A stretch of 63,775 nt of DNA. It comes from Chiloscyllium plagiosum. Taxonomy: Eukaryota. The notes beneath the pieces are model-generated. The model saw only the letters and a program-made list of their open reading frames with translations, was not told the origin of the DNA and did no database searches. The translations under genes were made by a program, and so were the position numbers. Shown piece after piece: positions 51,000 through 63,357 of the stretch. Location: positions 29,548,350 through 29,612,124 of the forward strand of contig NC_057720.1 of assembly GCF_004010195.1 (NCBI RefSeq), read 5' to 3'. The number at the start of each line of letters is the position of its first letter. Positions within the stretch are counted from its first letter, which is position 1.

Positions 51000-51335
51000 G
51001 CTGATTACTTTGCATTTTCCCATTAATATCTCCTTTTGATACATCTTTCATTTCTTGTCTCTTTCACGACATTTCCTTCTACCATCATCTCTTCTGTGAT
51101 TTAATCTCTCCTGTCTTCCGATCTAGCACATACCTTCCCTACATTTCTTTTATTCTCCTCCATCCTTCCCTGCCTCTACACTTGTTTTTTTCTCTAGCTT
51201 TTTCCAATTATGAGAAAAGGTCATCAACCTGAAATGTTAACTTTGTTTCCTATCAATGATGAGAGACTGGTGGAGTATTTCCAGCATTATCTGTTAATTC
51301 TATGTTCGGATTCTAGCATCTGGAGCATTTCAGAT
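51000..51335 (+). mobile_element. Decayed Penelope-type pseudo-LTR with eroded hammerhead near 51208-51243
   Basis: Pyrimidine-rich tract, then tgagaaaaggtcatcaacctgaaatgttaac and ...ttccagcatt...ttctagcatctggagc. Confidence 0.5.
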
Positions 51336-51494
51336 TTGAACTGATCCTGTTTCAATTCTTCTGTGACTTTTTGCTCAGAATAAATTGACAGAAAAGGTGT
51401 AATATTCTCCAAAATTCTAAATTCTGTTCTGCAGCTAATCTGATTTAAATAAAGCATCAGAGAAATAATTTTTTGAAAGGAAGGCAATACTAAG

Positions 51495-52395
51495 CAAGAA
51501 CATAAGAACTAGGTGCAGGAGAAGGCAATTCAACACCTCCAGCCTGCTCCGCCATTGAGTACAATCATGGCTGGTCTCATCTCAACCTCAAGTCCACTTT
51601 TCTGCCTGTTCCTCATATCATCAATCCATTGCTAATTAAAAATCTGTCTATCTCGTCCTTATATTTATATGGTGTCCCAGCATCCACCTCACTCCTGAGT
51701 AAAGAATTCTACAGTTTCACAACCCTTTGAGAAAAATAAATCCTCCTCATCTCGACTTAACATTTGCCACCCCTAAGCCTAAAACTATGACCTTGCATTT
51801 CAGATTACTCCACATGAGGAAACATCCATTCCCTGTTTACTTTGTTAATCCTTTTAGCATCTTATATGCATCAACTAGATCTCGTCCCATTATTCTAAAC
51901 TCCAGACAGAGAAAGCATAAACTGCTCAATCTCTCCTCATAAGTCAAGCCTTTCATCTCTGGAATTTATTTAGTAAATCTTCTCTGAATTGTCTCAAATG
52001 CAACTACACTTTTCCTCAGGTAAGGGGACCAAACTGTATGCAGATTCCACTTTCATAGAAACATAGAAAATAGGAGCAGGAGTAGGTCATTCACCCCCTT
52101 CAAGCCTGCACCACCATTCAATATGATCACAGCTGATCTTGCAACTTCAGTATCCCACTCTCACTTTCTCCCCACATCCCCTAATCCCTTTGGCCACAAG
52201 GGTCACATCGAGGTCACTCTGGAATACATCTAACAACCTGGCTCCAACAGCTTTCTGTGATAGAGAATTCCACAGGTTCTCAACTCTCTGAGTAAAGAAA
52301 TCCTTCTTGCTCTTAGTCCTGAATGGCTTACCCCTTATGCTTAGACTGTGACTTCCCCAACATCGGGAATATTCTTCCTGCAGCTGTTCCAGTCC
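51495..52395 (-). mobile_element. Two adjacent CR1 3'-end fragments (about 51495-52045 and 52054-52395)
   Basis: Tails aagaacataagaactagg and catagaaacatagaaaatagg. FFTQRVENLWNSLSQKAV. Confidence 0.82.
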
Positions 52396-54964
52396 CCTCA
52401 AATAATTCCAGATAAAAACAGTGAATAACCCTTGCATCTTTCAAACAAGAAAGTGAATTGTTTCTGACCTCATGACCAAATACTCAAATTTACAAAAGCT
52501 GGGAAAAGTGACACAGCAGTGAATTAACAAAGAAAATGGGATCAATTATTTGAATCAGACTGAGTAGAGTAACATGTACCAAAACAGTTAAAGGTCTAAT
52601 ATCATATTATTTGTAACCAGACTGCAGTGATTGTAAGATGTGTTGCAACAGAACGTTCCAAATTTACATTATAAGTTCGCTAGAAAATACAAACACTGTT
52701 AATTTCACTCCTCCCCGAAGTACCGTTGTCCCCAAACCTGAAATGCTGCAATTGTTCAACAAATACACAGAACTAAGGTGAATGGCTGCACATCCGATCA
52801 CAATGCACTTTATGACAAATGAGTTCATAAGAGCGATCCTACAACTCAGTAACCTTGAAGATAATGTGGATGGCAGCTTTGTTATTGTGCCACAGCTAAA
52901 ATAACAGTGAGACTGAGAACTGTAATGGAATTCAATCTCTCAAAACTCGAAGGACAGTTAAGAATGACTTCTCCATGGATAACATTTTAATTATAAGATC
53001 GACAAGCTTCAAACGCTATAGCCGCAGGCTTACAGTTGTGTGTCAAGAGGGACAGGCAATTAATCAGGAGACGTAGAAACTGCATGTGGTTAGTTATTGG
53101 GAAGAAGGATGGACGTCCAAAATGTCCTGATTGTGTAGTGCATTTGCACATACATCAATATCTCAAGCTTTCCTTTCTGTTGACAGCGGCTCTGGGGCGA
53201 GATGGCTTGTGTTAGCTTAGAGATTTAAAAAAAAACATGATTACAGAGAAAATCATTGCAATATTCCCAAGTGCTCTTGTTTGTTTTGAGAATGCTCTGG
53301 ATTATTAAATTATGTTTGGTTGCACATGAGTAGTCTGCAGGGTGTGTTTAAATACATAACCAGAAAGCAAAACATGATTAAAAAATCTCTACAGGGAATG
53401 AGAAACATTAAGCAAAAGAAGTTATTTCCATGGCTTGCTGTTTCCATGAAGACTCTTTGTTAATAAAACTCCGTAAAAAGAGAAACATGACACTAGGCAT
53501 ATAGCTGAATGACAATGACACATTCATATTTTGGGGAGATAATCTTCCACAATTTTAACATGCTTTCCCTTTCCACTTACTATCTGCCGTATCGATGTAA
53601 TTGTTGCTGTGCCTATTTATGTGGCTGTTATTTTAGCATTGACAATGCTAATTTCAGGGTAATTTCTCTTTAACATTTCTTTCTTTATTAGCCCCCTTAG
53701 ACACCATGAAGTGTATGCTGCTATGACAACGTGGTTCTGTGCACTGATATGGTTCCTCCTAGTATCTATAAAACAATTAAGAAAAAGAAATTTGCAAAAT
53801 TAATTATTCAAAGGTCACATTTATGACACCAAGAATGTTTTGGGGGAAGGGAGAGTGAAGCCTATTTTACTTGAAGTATTTATTCTTTGATGGTTCAGTC
53901 ATTAACTCTGAGCTCCTAAGATTAACCTTTTGGCAAAATGCTCCTCTGCAGTGCCCCCTGAGCAGAATGACTGACATTGTATAATTGGAGAATGTACTCT
54001 ACCTGACGTCATCTGCAGATGAATATGGTTTCGGGAGAATGAAGATGATTTCCAATCACAGGGTCAATCATGTGACATTTAGTCGTGCAAACAATCAGTT
54101 CTTTAGATGAATCAATTAGTAGTAGATTAATAGCTAAACCTAACTTGTGCGAGAAAAGAGAAAATTGTATCACTATTATTATACTGTAGAGTTTCAATTC
54201 CCTTCCTTCCTAGTTGGCCTCTGTTCTCATTTTGGGTCCATAGACAGTCATACAAACAGGAAAGTACAGCCAAAAACAGAAAAGCTTCTATTAGCTCCCC
54301 TATATTTTATAAAGGGTTGAAATATTCGAACTGAAAACTATATTTGTGATATGTATTAAGTGCATATACACCTGTAAGTTTGCAGACCTGACATGCAAGT
54401 AATTTGATGCAGTGCTGTTTATATATGAGAAGGTCTGTTCTCACATGATATCACTGTGCCAATTGCTCACGTATGTCTGCATATTTGCAGGTGTCAATGA
54501 ATTACTAAATATGTAGGTCTTTATTCTGGATTGCTTTCTTGAAAACAGAAGGCAACAACATTTTGTAAGCCACACTTTTCACAAGATACTGCATAGTGCA
54601 TTTTGAAGACAAGACTTGGATCTTGTTACACATGAATTGGGCACCATGTCAATATTTACACAAAGAAGAAATAGAAAGAATTTGTCTTATGATATCTGAG
54701 CTAATAAAACTATGCCTGCCATTAAGAGAACGTGCTTTCTATCGTGGGCATAGAAGGCATCAGTAATTTTGATGACTATTAGTAAGACTTGGTGATCAGT
54801 GCTGTGAGGCATAAGGACTTCAGCAATCCGAGCACCAATGCCTGTGACCATCTGCCTGGGGAAACATAGCATCCTGCATCATTGGATCACAACAATGGGC
54901 TCCATTGCTTTCCTACGCCTTTTCTTTCCTTTGCTTTCCTACACCTTTTCTTTCCTTTGCCTTC

Positions 54965-55535
54965 CTGTGGCCTCCTCTATATTGGGGAGACAGGCCGGCT
55001 ACTTGCGGAGCGTTTCAGAGAACACCTCTGGGACACCCGGACCAACCAACCCAACCACCCTGTAGCTCAACATTTCAATTCCCCCTCCCACTCCACCAAG
55101 GATATGCAGGTCTTTGGACTCCTCCATCGTCAGACCACAACAAAACGACGGTTGGAGGAAGAACGCCTCATCTTCCGGCTAGGAACCCTCCAACCACAAG
55201 GGATGAACTCGGATTTCACTAGTTTCCTCATTTCCCCTCCCCCCACCCTGTCTCAGTCAAATCCATCAAATTCAGCACCGCCTCCCTAACCTGCAATCTT
55301 CTTCCCGACCTCTCCGCCCCCACCCCAGTCTGACCTATCACCCTCACCTTGACCTCTTTCCACGTATCACATTTCCGACGCCCCTCCCCCAAGTCCCTCC
55401 TCCCTACCTTTTATCTTAGCCTGCTGGACAAACTTTCCTCATTCCTGAAGAAGGGCTTATGCCCGAAACGTCGATTCTCCTGTTCCCTGGATGCTGCCTG
55501 ACCTGCTGCGCTTTTCCAGCAACACATTTCCAGCT
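54965..55535 (+). mobile_element. Penelope family A 3' fragment: GIY-YIG endonuclease C-half and pseudo-LTR
   Basis: CGLLYIGETGRLLAERFREHLWD...PVAQHFNSPSHS..DMQV.GL...RRLEEERLIFRLGTLQPQGMN, an open frame. Confidence 0.94.
55440..55477 (+). ncRNA. Minimal hammerhead ribozyme motif (family A)
   Basis: CTGAAGA-agggcttatgccc-GAAA-cGTC-gatt. Confidence 0.75.
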
Positions 55536-56357
55536 TCCTACAGGGTTATGCCTTTCCTGTACAGAGTATTGGCTGTCATCATCACCACACTGACAATTTA
55601 ATAGTCGTACCCTGACAGTCAGCGAGCATCTCTTTTTAGGTAGGTGCCATTGTCAACCTTGCCCTTTATTACTTCACTTTCCATGAGATTGGGGCATCTA
55701 TTCAGATACACGATTGGAAGGGTCAGCCAACAGACTCAGAATCACGAGTTCAGAGAAGAGAGTAGACTGATTGCAACAGAAAGTTAATTCAAGCGGTCCA
55801 GGGCAAATGCCTTCTCTTCCTGACCTAACAATAGTGTTGTAAAAGATACTTATTGGCTGAATCTGATTAAATAGCCAAGAGTGTTTCCCAGCTATGAGAT
55901 GTGAATGTGAAGCTTGCAACAGTACTAAGTCTGTGATGTTGAGATTAGATCAGTATCATGAGGTATGGATGGGATGTAAATTATTTTTTGTAGGGGAATT
56001 AAGGTGTTGTGGCGAATGGAAGATGCATTTCCTGACATTGACTATATGGAAAATCATCAAACTTCTTGTGGCATTACATTCAGATAGTTGGGAGTAAATT
56101 GGTAGCATTGATCTCAATGGCTATTTTTTGCCACAGACCTTTCTGAATCTTTTGAGGAAAGGGGACCTCTCTTGCTTTACAGTATCACAGAGGCTTGGGC
56201 CATGACCTGTACTATAACGTCCGTATGTTCTTCCTGGTTTTAAATCTAGTTTTTTTTACCAGTTTCAGCTCTAACTGGAGACAGAATATATTTTGCCTTT
56301 AAGAAGTGCAGGATAGCTATGAATACAGCAGCCTAGTTTGAAGTGGTCCTTGCTTCA

Positions 56358-56465
56358 TTTCTCATTTCTGATGAAGGGCTTTTGCCCGAAACATCGATTT
56401 TCCTGCTCCTTGGATGCTGCCTGACATGCTGTACTTTTCTAGTACCACTCTAATCTTGACTCTAG
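56358..56465 (+). mobile_element. Penelope terminal fragment with hammerhead motif (56363-56400)
   Basis: CTGATGA-agggcttttgccc-GAAA-cATC, followed by the ggatgctgcctgacatgctg arm. Confidence 0.8.
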
Positions 56466-57602
56466 CTTCACACAAGCCTAGCCCTCTGTTGTGGTGTGTA
56501 ACCATCAATGACAGCTTTACAGCTGGGTTGCGAATTGCATCATTGTAATTAGCAGCTAACAGAAAGTTTGTGAGCTGCCCATGACACTTTAGATGGATTC
56601 AAGGTCATCATGCAAAACAAACCTCCCCATATGCAATTTTGCGTTTTATGTCACTTAGTTGCTGGAACATTTATGGTTATATGCAAATATATAATGAAGA
56701 AGGCAAGTTGAGAATAAGGCACACTTTATGTAACTCCGCCTCCCCTTCATCTTTGACATGTCAAACATATTCAATTCAATTGTTATGTCCTGTAGCTAAA
56801 AGGAACAGGTTGGCATGAAACCTAAAGTGGGTAGCAATTCAGTTGTCAAACCAATTTGTTGCTGTTTGATACATCTTCATGAAACCAGTAACAGATTGAA
56901 AAGGTATAGATTATTTTCAATGTGAAAATGTCAAACTTTGTTTCTCATTTACAGACCACTGTGATGGATGTGGAGTGTGTTACAGACACAGCAACAAATA
57001 ATCCAATCTTAATATTCATTTTTGTAAATGTATTAACATTTTGCTCATTTGCTGAATGCCAGCTGTTATGTGTGATTGGAAATCTGCCAATGGTAGGTAA
57101 GGACAACATCAAACATCAGCTCTACTGCTGTGGTGGAAATTGAATTCATCCAATTCATATAATGTACAAGCTCAACTGTGCCAATTGAAAGTGAATTGTT
57201 TCATTTCAACTCATGTCCAGATACAACAATTATATAAGCTGCATGTGATTTTAAACTCATCCCATGTGTAGAGTAACTTCAATTCCACTGTGTTTGGTTC
57301 TCTCTTCTCACTTCTGCCAATTAACAGACTGATATGTTCACTTTCTCCTAGAGTACCAGTCCTGCAGGCACAGAATGTGTATCCTCTGAAGTGGGAGTCC
57401 AGAATCATCTTAACTCCCACGGCTGGTACTGGTCTGGTTTTGGATGGACAGCAGTCTTGCCCCTTATTAGACCATTTACTCATCACAGTGAACTCAGCCT
57501 TTCTTCATATTTAAACTGATACCCTTTGAAATTTATGACAATTGAGGAAAAAGTGAAAAAATACAATATTGCATTACTCACCATTGAGCAGCATGAACAA
57601 AT

Positions 57603-57989
57603 GTTGTTTTCCCTGGAGCATCGAAGGCTAAGGGGTGACTTTATCGAGGTTTATGAGGGGCATGGGTAGGGTAAATACACAAAGTCTTTTCCCTGGGGTG
57701 GGGGAGTCCAGAACTAGAGGGAATAAGTTTAGCGTAAGAGGGAAAAAATTTAAAAGGGACCTTAGGGCAACTTTTTCAAGCAGAGGGTGGTGTGTGTATG
57801 GAATGAGCTGCCAGAGGAAGTGGTGGAGGCTGGGACAATTATATTATTTAAAAGGCATCTGGAAGGTTTAGGAGGATATGGGCCAAGTACTCGCAAATGA
57901 GACTAGATTAGGCTAGGATATCTGGTGGGCATAGCCGAATTGGACCGAAGGATCTGTTTCCATACTGTACACCTCTATGACTCTATGAC
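57603..57989 (+). mobile_element. CR1/HER1 3' fragment
   Basis: LFSLEHRRLRGDFIE...WNELPEEVVEAG; ctctatgactctatgac tail. Confidence 0.9.
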
Positions 57990-58203
57990 ACTGCAGATGT
58001 TGGATCTCTGAAACAAAAATAGAGATTATTAGAGAAACTCAATGCGTCTGATAGCATCTGTGGAGAGAAAGCAGAATCAATGTTTTGAGTCCAGTGACCC
58101 AAACACGTCCAAAAAAGGGCCACTGGACCCAAAACATTGACTCTGCTTTCTCTTCACAGATGCTGCCAGACCTGTTATGTTTCTCCAGCAATTTTGGTTT
58201 TTA
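57990..58203. mobile_element. Older miniature fold-back Penelope-derived element
   Basis: Imperfect inverted arms at about 58011-58100 / 58117-58202, each with an eroded hammerhead stem II (gggccactggacccaaaacattgactc). Confidence 0.75.
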
Positions 58204-58489
58204 ATTGAATAGCATGTGTACAACTTTAGTTCTGATCTCTCTTACAGAACAGAAATATCCTTTCATCTAAAACAATGGGACATACTTTACTCAATAACTT
58301 TAATGAAATTTTAGCAGTGTTCCCTGCTTCATATATGTGGAGCTTTAGCATCATAAAGGAATGGCTGGATGAAAACAGAGCCCTTAGGACTTTAGTGGAA
58401 ATGGTGAGGTTTTTCATTTCATAAAAACAAAATCATTTTGGCTGATGAACTGTATGAATTGTTGATTCATACGCTAAACAAGTATTTTC

Positions 58490-58830
58490 TCAGTAAAGAA
58501 GATTATAAGTTCATAAGAATGATTCAATGGGGTACATGGTGAGAAGCTACATCTGTTGGTGGGTGAATTGAGCACTAGGGAAATAACTTTAGAATTAGAG
58601 CTGGGCTATTCCTCAGTGATGTCAGAAGAGGTAGTGGAAATCTATAACACTGTCCTCAAAGAAACTTAGTCCATGCAAACATTCAAAACTGTGTTTGATA
58701 GATTTTTGTCAGGGAATGATATTAGCAGATATGGAACCAATAGGTAAATGGATCTAAGCTCCAGATCTTCCATGATCTAATTGAATGACAGACACTCAAA
58801 GGGGTTGAATGATCTGCTTCTGTTCCTCAT
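58490..58830 (+). mobile_element. Old CR1 3' fragment
   Basis: gatagatttttg...catgatctaattgaatgacagacactcaaaggggttgaatgatctgcttctgttcct tail. Confidence 0.65.
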
Positions 58831-59948
58831 CATTTTGCAAGCATTGCTAGTTTCTGACTCTGGATTCAGCATTGTCGATGGTGCCACCTCAAAACAGTAC
58901 TGTTAATACTACACAGTTACATCCATTTTTATTATGTTTTGTTAACATTCTATTCATACTATACCTATTGAGCAGACTTTTATTGACCTATGAAGCAAGG
59001 TCATTGTTATGACAAGTCTGTTGATTCTCAGAGGACATTGATAGATTAATGTCAAAAAATTAGATGTCTAAGGTTTGATGAGTGTAAACACTGGACTCTA
59101 GCAATTGAAAACTGGTCGGTTGGAGGCTGCATCTAAGGCAGGAAAGTAAATCTTATTTTGGTGTGGTATTTTCCCTGAACAGCAATGGATTTCTAGCACC
59201 ACTTATAGGTCATGTAGTACCATAGCAAGCAAATTTGTTGAGGGGAAATGAAGAACACATTTTAAAGAAGAGACAAGCTTTTCAGAGTAACAATAGAGCA
59301 ACACTGTCTACAAGAAAGAAACATACCTTAGATATCAGCATACATGTCACCTTTGAAACATCTAACAAATCTCTCCAAAAACTGTGCTCGACTTACGCAC
59401 CCTTATAAAAGTGAATTATTGGTGTATGTGATGGTCACTATCTTTGTCTTTCACCATGTGGAATCTATTTGTGTGTGCAGGTCTTTGAACATTCAGAGCT
59501 CAGTACTCTCTTTAGATATTTGCTCACTTTGACAGACGTGAACTCCTTCAAGATAATTTCTCCAAGCTAATGTGAAACAATGATCAAAGTTTTGTCAAAA
59601 CCATTTACTCCTTCTCTGCTGAAGGAGACAACAGCAGGTAGAGAAGAAATGAATATTTTACATTAATAACAGCAGTAAGAGTAATATCTCAAGCAGACAA
59701 AAAGGATTTTTGAATTGCTACTTTGAAAGAACAAATCAACTGCTCTCACATGTTGTAGGAATGTAGGAAAATGACTGGTCCCTAAGATACATCTGGACTA
59801 AAGCATTGTTCATTCACCTAAACACAACAATCAATTTTCCATTACGTTTACCTACATTAGATGCATCCACTGTCTCTCTGGTTATCTGTTGTACATATTC
59901 AGCACCATCTGTAAAAAGATAGTTGAATCTAGACCATTTGTGAAGCTT

Positions 59949-60753
59949 GTTATGATCCCAGATCAGAATATCAGCTTTATTTTATGATCTGGATATGAAC
60001 TAGTTTAAGTATGCAAAAGATAAAATTCAGGGTACACACGAAGAGAATAAAGCCACATGACTCTACAGAGTTGAACAACCAAGAAAATTTCACTGCTTCC
60101 TTTAGAGCAGCAACTATACGTGCACAACTTTCTTGTAACAACAAAATTAACATGGATAAAACATGGGGATATATACAATAGTTGAACACCCTACAATATC
60201 CATCAAACAGTAAAAGCAATCAAGAAAGATCCCCCAGATTTTTGTACAATCCCCCCAGATACCTACCAGATCATCAAATTTAATTAAACTTTACAAGGTT
60301 TACAACTCTTCACTCTTGCTGATCATGCCTTAAAACCCCCTCTCAAGAGCCGCTCTGCCATTGGTTGCCTCAATGACTGTTCTACTCAATCACCTCCAGT
60401 CCATGACACATACTCCCTAAAATATGAAAACTGCATTCTTGGACGCAGTGATAACCACAACTCCAGCTTTTCACCAACATCCAGCTTCACAAAACTAGAC
60501 GAGCCCCTGGGTTGCCTCTGTGCTTCTTTTTTGCTCAGTCCCTTCAGGCAAATACTGCTTATGGACCTTCTCTCCCCTCCATCAACTCTAATAGAATATT
60601 AGCTGTGCACTCATTTCAATCCCTTCACAGGTCTCAGAATCTCCTACCTCTATCTCAAGGTAGAATTGCATATAATTGTTTTTGGAACAAGCAAATGTAG
60701 CTAACCTTTAGAACCCTCTGTTGCACTGAATGTTAAAATGTCATCATGTTCAC
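59949..60753. mobile_element. Possible solo LTR
   Basis: TGT...ACA ends (tgttatgatccc ... catcatgttcaca). The start matches 31922. No TSD seen. Confidence 0.3.
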
Positions 60754-61224
60754 AGAATGCTAGCTTTTAATGTAAAATATGTAGAATAAAACAAATAGGA
60801 AATCATTGTAATCTCACTTCTTTAGCAGTGGACTTTTCTCCATGGTCCCTCAAAAGAATCGTGATGAAATTGTGGGAAAATGTAGCATTGAGGCCTAATG
60901 CCACCTGCCTGGTGCAAACCTGAACTCTTTCCCTCATTCCCATTGCAATTACTGCTAGCTGACCTGCCTTGCTTGTTGCATGTAAATGCTGTGGAGAGAC
61001 AGGGAGTAGGTTTCTGGTGCCTCCCAATGGTCCATTCAGGCTGTCACTTTAGGTGCACCTGGTGCAACATGTCACAAGGCTTAGGATTAGTGGCGTAATG
61101 GCCTCAGAGTCTTTTAATAGGTCTCTCATCAAAACTCAGATGGCTTGAACTAGGGATCAGGTTGATTCATCTATTTCACATTATTTTCCATTTCTGCATG
61201 CCTTTTGCTGTAACAGTGTGCAAA

Positions 61225-61847
61225 GCTTTGTACTAGAAAAGGTCTAGGAATGGGAAAAGACAACTATGGTTAATGTTAGAACCAGATTGAATGAAAGAAA
61301 ACATATAATGTGACAAAGATTTGTGGTAAGACTGAGGATTAGAAAAGTTTTTAAAAACAACAAAATACAACCAAATAAATATAAAGAGAACAAACTTACA
61401 AGTAATATCAAGATGTATAACAGGAGCTTCTTTATGGATATAAAAAGGAAGAGACATGCCAAAGTGACAATTGGTCTCTTAGACAATAATGCTGAGAAAA
61501 TAATAATGGAGAGCCAGAGGAGTTCAATCAATAATTTGCATCAGACTTCATATAGAACACACTGATAAACAACCCCAAATGACTAAATATTCAAGGAGCA
61601 AAAGGATAAGAAATAAATGCAATAACTACCTTAGAGAAAAACTGCTAACAAAACTAATGGGGCAAAGGACTGATATGTCCCCTGGATGTATTGGGATGCA
61701 TCTTAGGATATTAAAGGAAGTAGCTACAGATATAGTTGGAGCACTGATAGTAATCTTCAAGGAATCTTTATATTCTGGAAAAGTCCCAGAGGATTGGAAA
61801 ATGTAACACTTTATATAATAATGGGAGGAGACAAAGGAAGGAGACAA
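61225..61847 (+). mobile_element. Old CR1 ORF2 fragment (inter-domain to RT start)
   Basis: SFFMDIKRKR..KVTIGLL; SPGCIGMHLRILKEVA.DIVGALIVIFKESL.SGKVPEDWK. Confidence 0.82.
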
Positions 61848-63357
61848 AGATAGAACAGATAACATTACAGCTCAGTCCAAGCTCTTTGGCCCTTGATGTT
61901 GCACCACCCTGTGAAACCAATCTGAAGCATGTCTAACCCACACTATTCTATTCTGGTCCATATGCTATACAATGACTACTTAAATGCTCATAAAGTTGGT
62001 GAGTCTACAACTGTTGCAGGCAGAAGGTTCCACACCCCCTACTACTCTCTGAGTAAAGAAACTACCTCTGTCATCTGTCCTATATCTATCACCCCTCAAT
62101 TTGAAGTTCTGCCCCCTGGTGCTAGTCATCACCATCCTCGGAAAAAAGCTCTCACTGCCCACCCGGTCTAACCCTCTGATTATCTTATATGTCTCAATTA
62201 AGTCACCTCTCAACCTTCTTCTCTCTAACAAAAACAGCCTCAAGTCCCTCAACCTTTCCTTGTAAGACCTTCCCTCCCTCCATACCAGGCAACATCCTAG
62301 TAAATCTCCTCTGAATCATTCTAAAGCTTCCACATCCTTCCTTTAATGCGATGACCAGAACTGCATGCAATACTCCAAGTGTGGCCACACCAGAGTTTTG
62401 TACAGCTGCAGCATGACCTCATGGTTCCAAAACTTAATTTCTCTAGTAATAAAAGATAACACACCATATGTCTTCTTAACAGCCCTATCAAACTAGATAG
62501 CAACTTTGAGAAACCTATATACATGGGCACCGAGATCTCTCTGCTCATCTACACTACCAAGAATCTTATCATTCGCCCAGTATTCTACATTCCTGTTACT
62601 CCTTCCACAGTGAATCACCTCACACTTTTCTGCATTAAGCTCCATTTGCCATCTCTCAGCCCAGCTCTGCAGCTTTTCTATGTCCCTCTGTAAACTATAA
62701 CATCATTTGTCATTATCCACAACCCTAGCAGCCTTAGTGTCATCCACAAATTTACTAATCCATCCTTCTACATCCTCATCCAGGTTGTTTATAAAAATGA
62801 CAAACAGCAGTGAACCCAAAACAGATCATTGCAGTAGACCCCTAGTAACTGAACTCCAGGATGAATATTCCCAATCAACCACCACCTTCTGTCTTCTTTC
62901 AGCTAGCCAATTTCTGAACCAAGCCACTAAGTCGCCCTCAATCCCATGCCTCCATATTTTGTGTAGTAGCCTACCATGGGAAACCTTATCAAATGCCTTA
63001 CTGAAATCTATGTACACCACATCAATGGCTTTACTCTCATCCACCTGTTTGGTCACCTTCTCAAAGAACTCAATAAGATTTGTGAGGCACAACCTACCCT
63101 TCACAAAACTGTGTTGACTATCCCTAATCAATTTATTCCTATTGAGATGATTATAAATCCTCTCTCTTATAACCTTTTCCAATACTTTACCCACAACTGA
63201 AGTAAGGCTCACTGGGCTATAATTACAAGAGTTATCTCTATTCATTTTCTTGAAAAGGGAACAACATTTGCTATCCTCCAGTACTATTCCTGTAGATAAT
63301 GACAACATAAACATCAAAGCCAAAGGCTTGGCAATTTCCTCCCTCGCTTCCCAGAGA
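61848..63357 (-). mobile_element. 5'-truncated CR1 LINE (RT to tail)
   Basis: LWEAREEIAKPL...NYSPVSLTSVVGKVLE...YIDFSKAFDKVSH; SKFVDDTK; RRRLRGDLIETYK; tail near 61850-61900. Confidence 0.92.
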
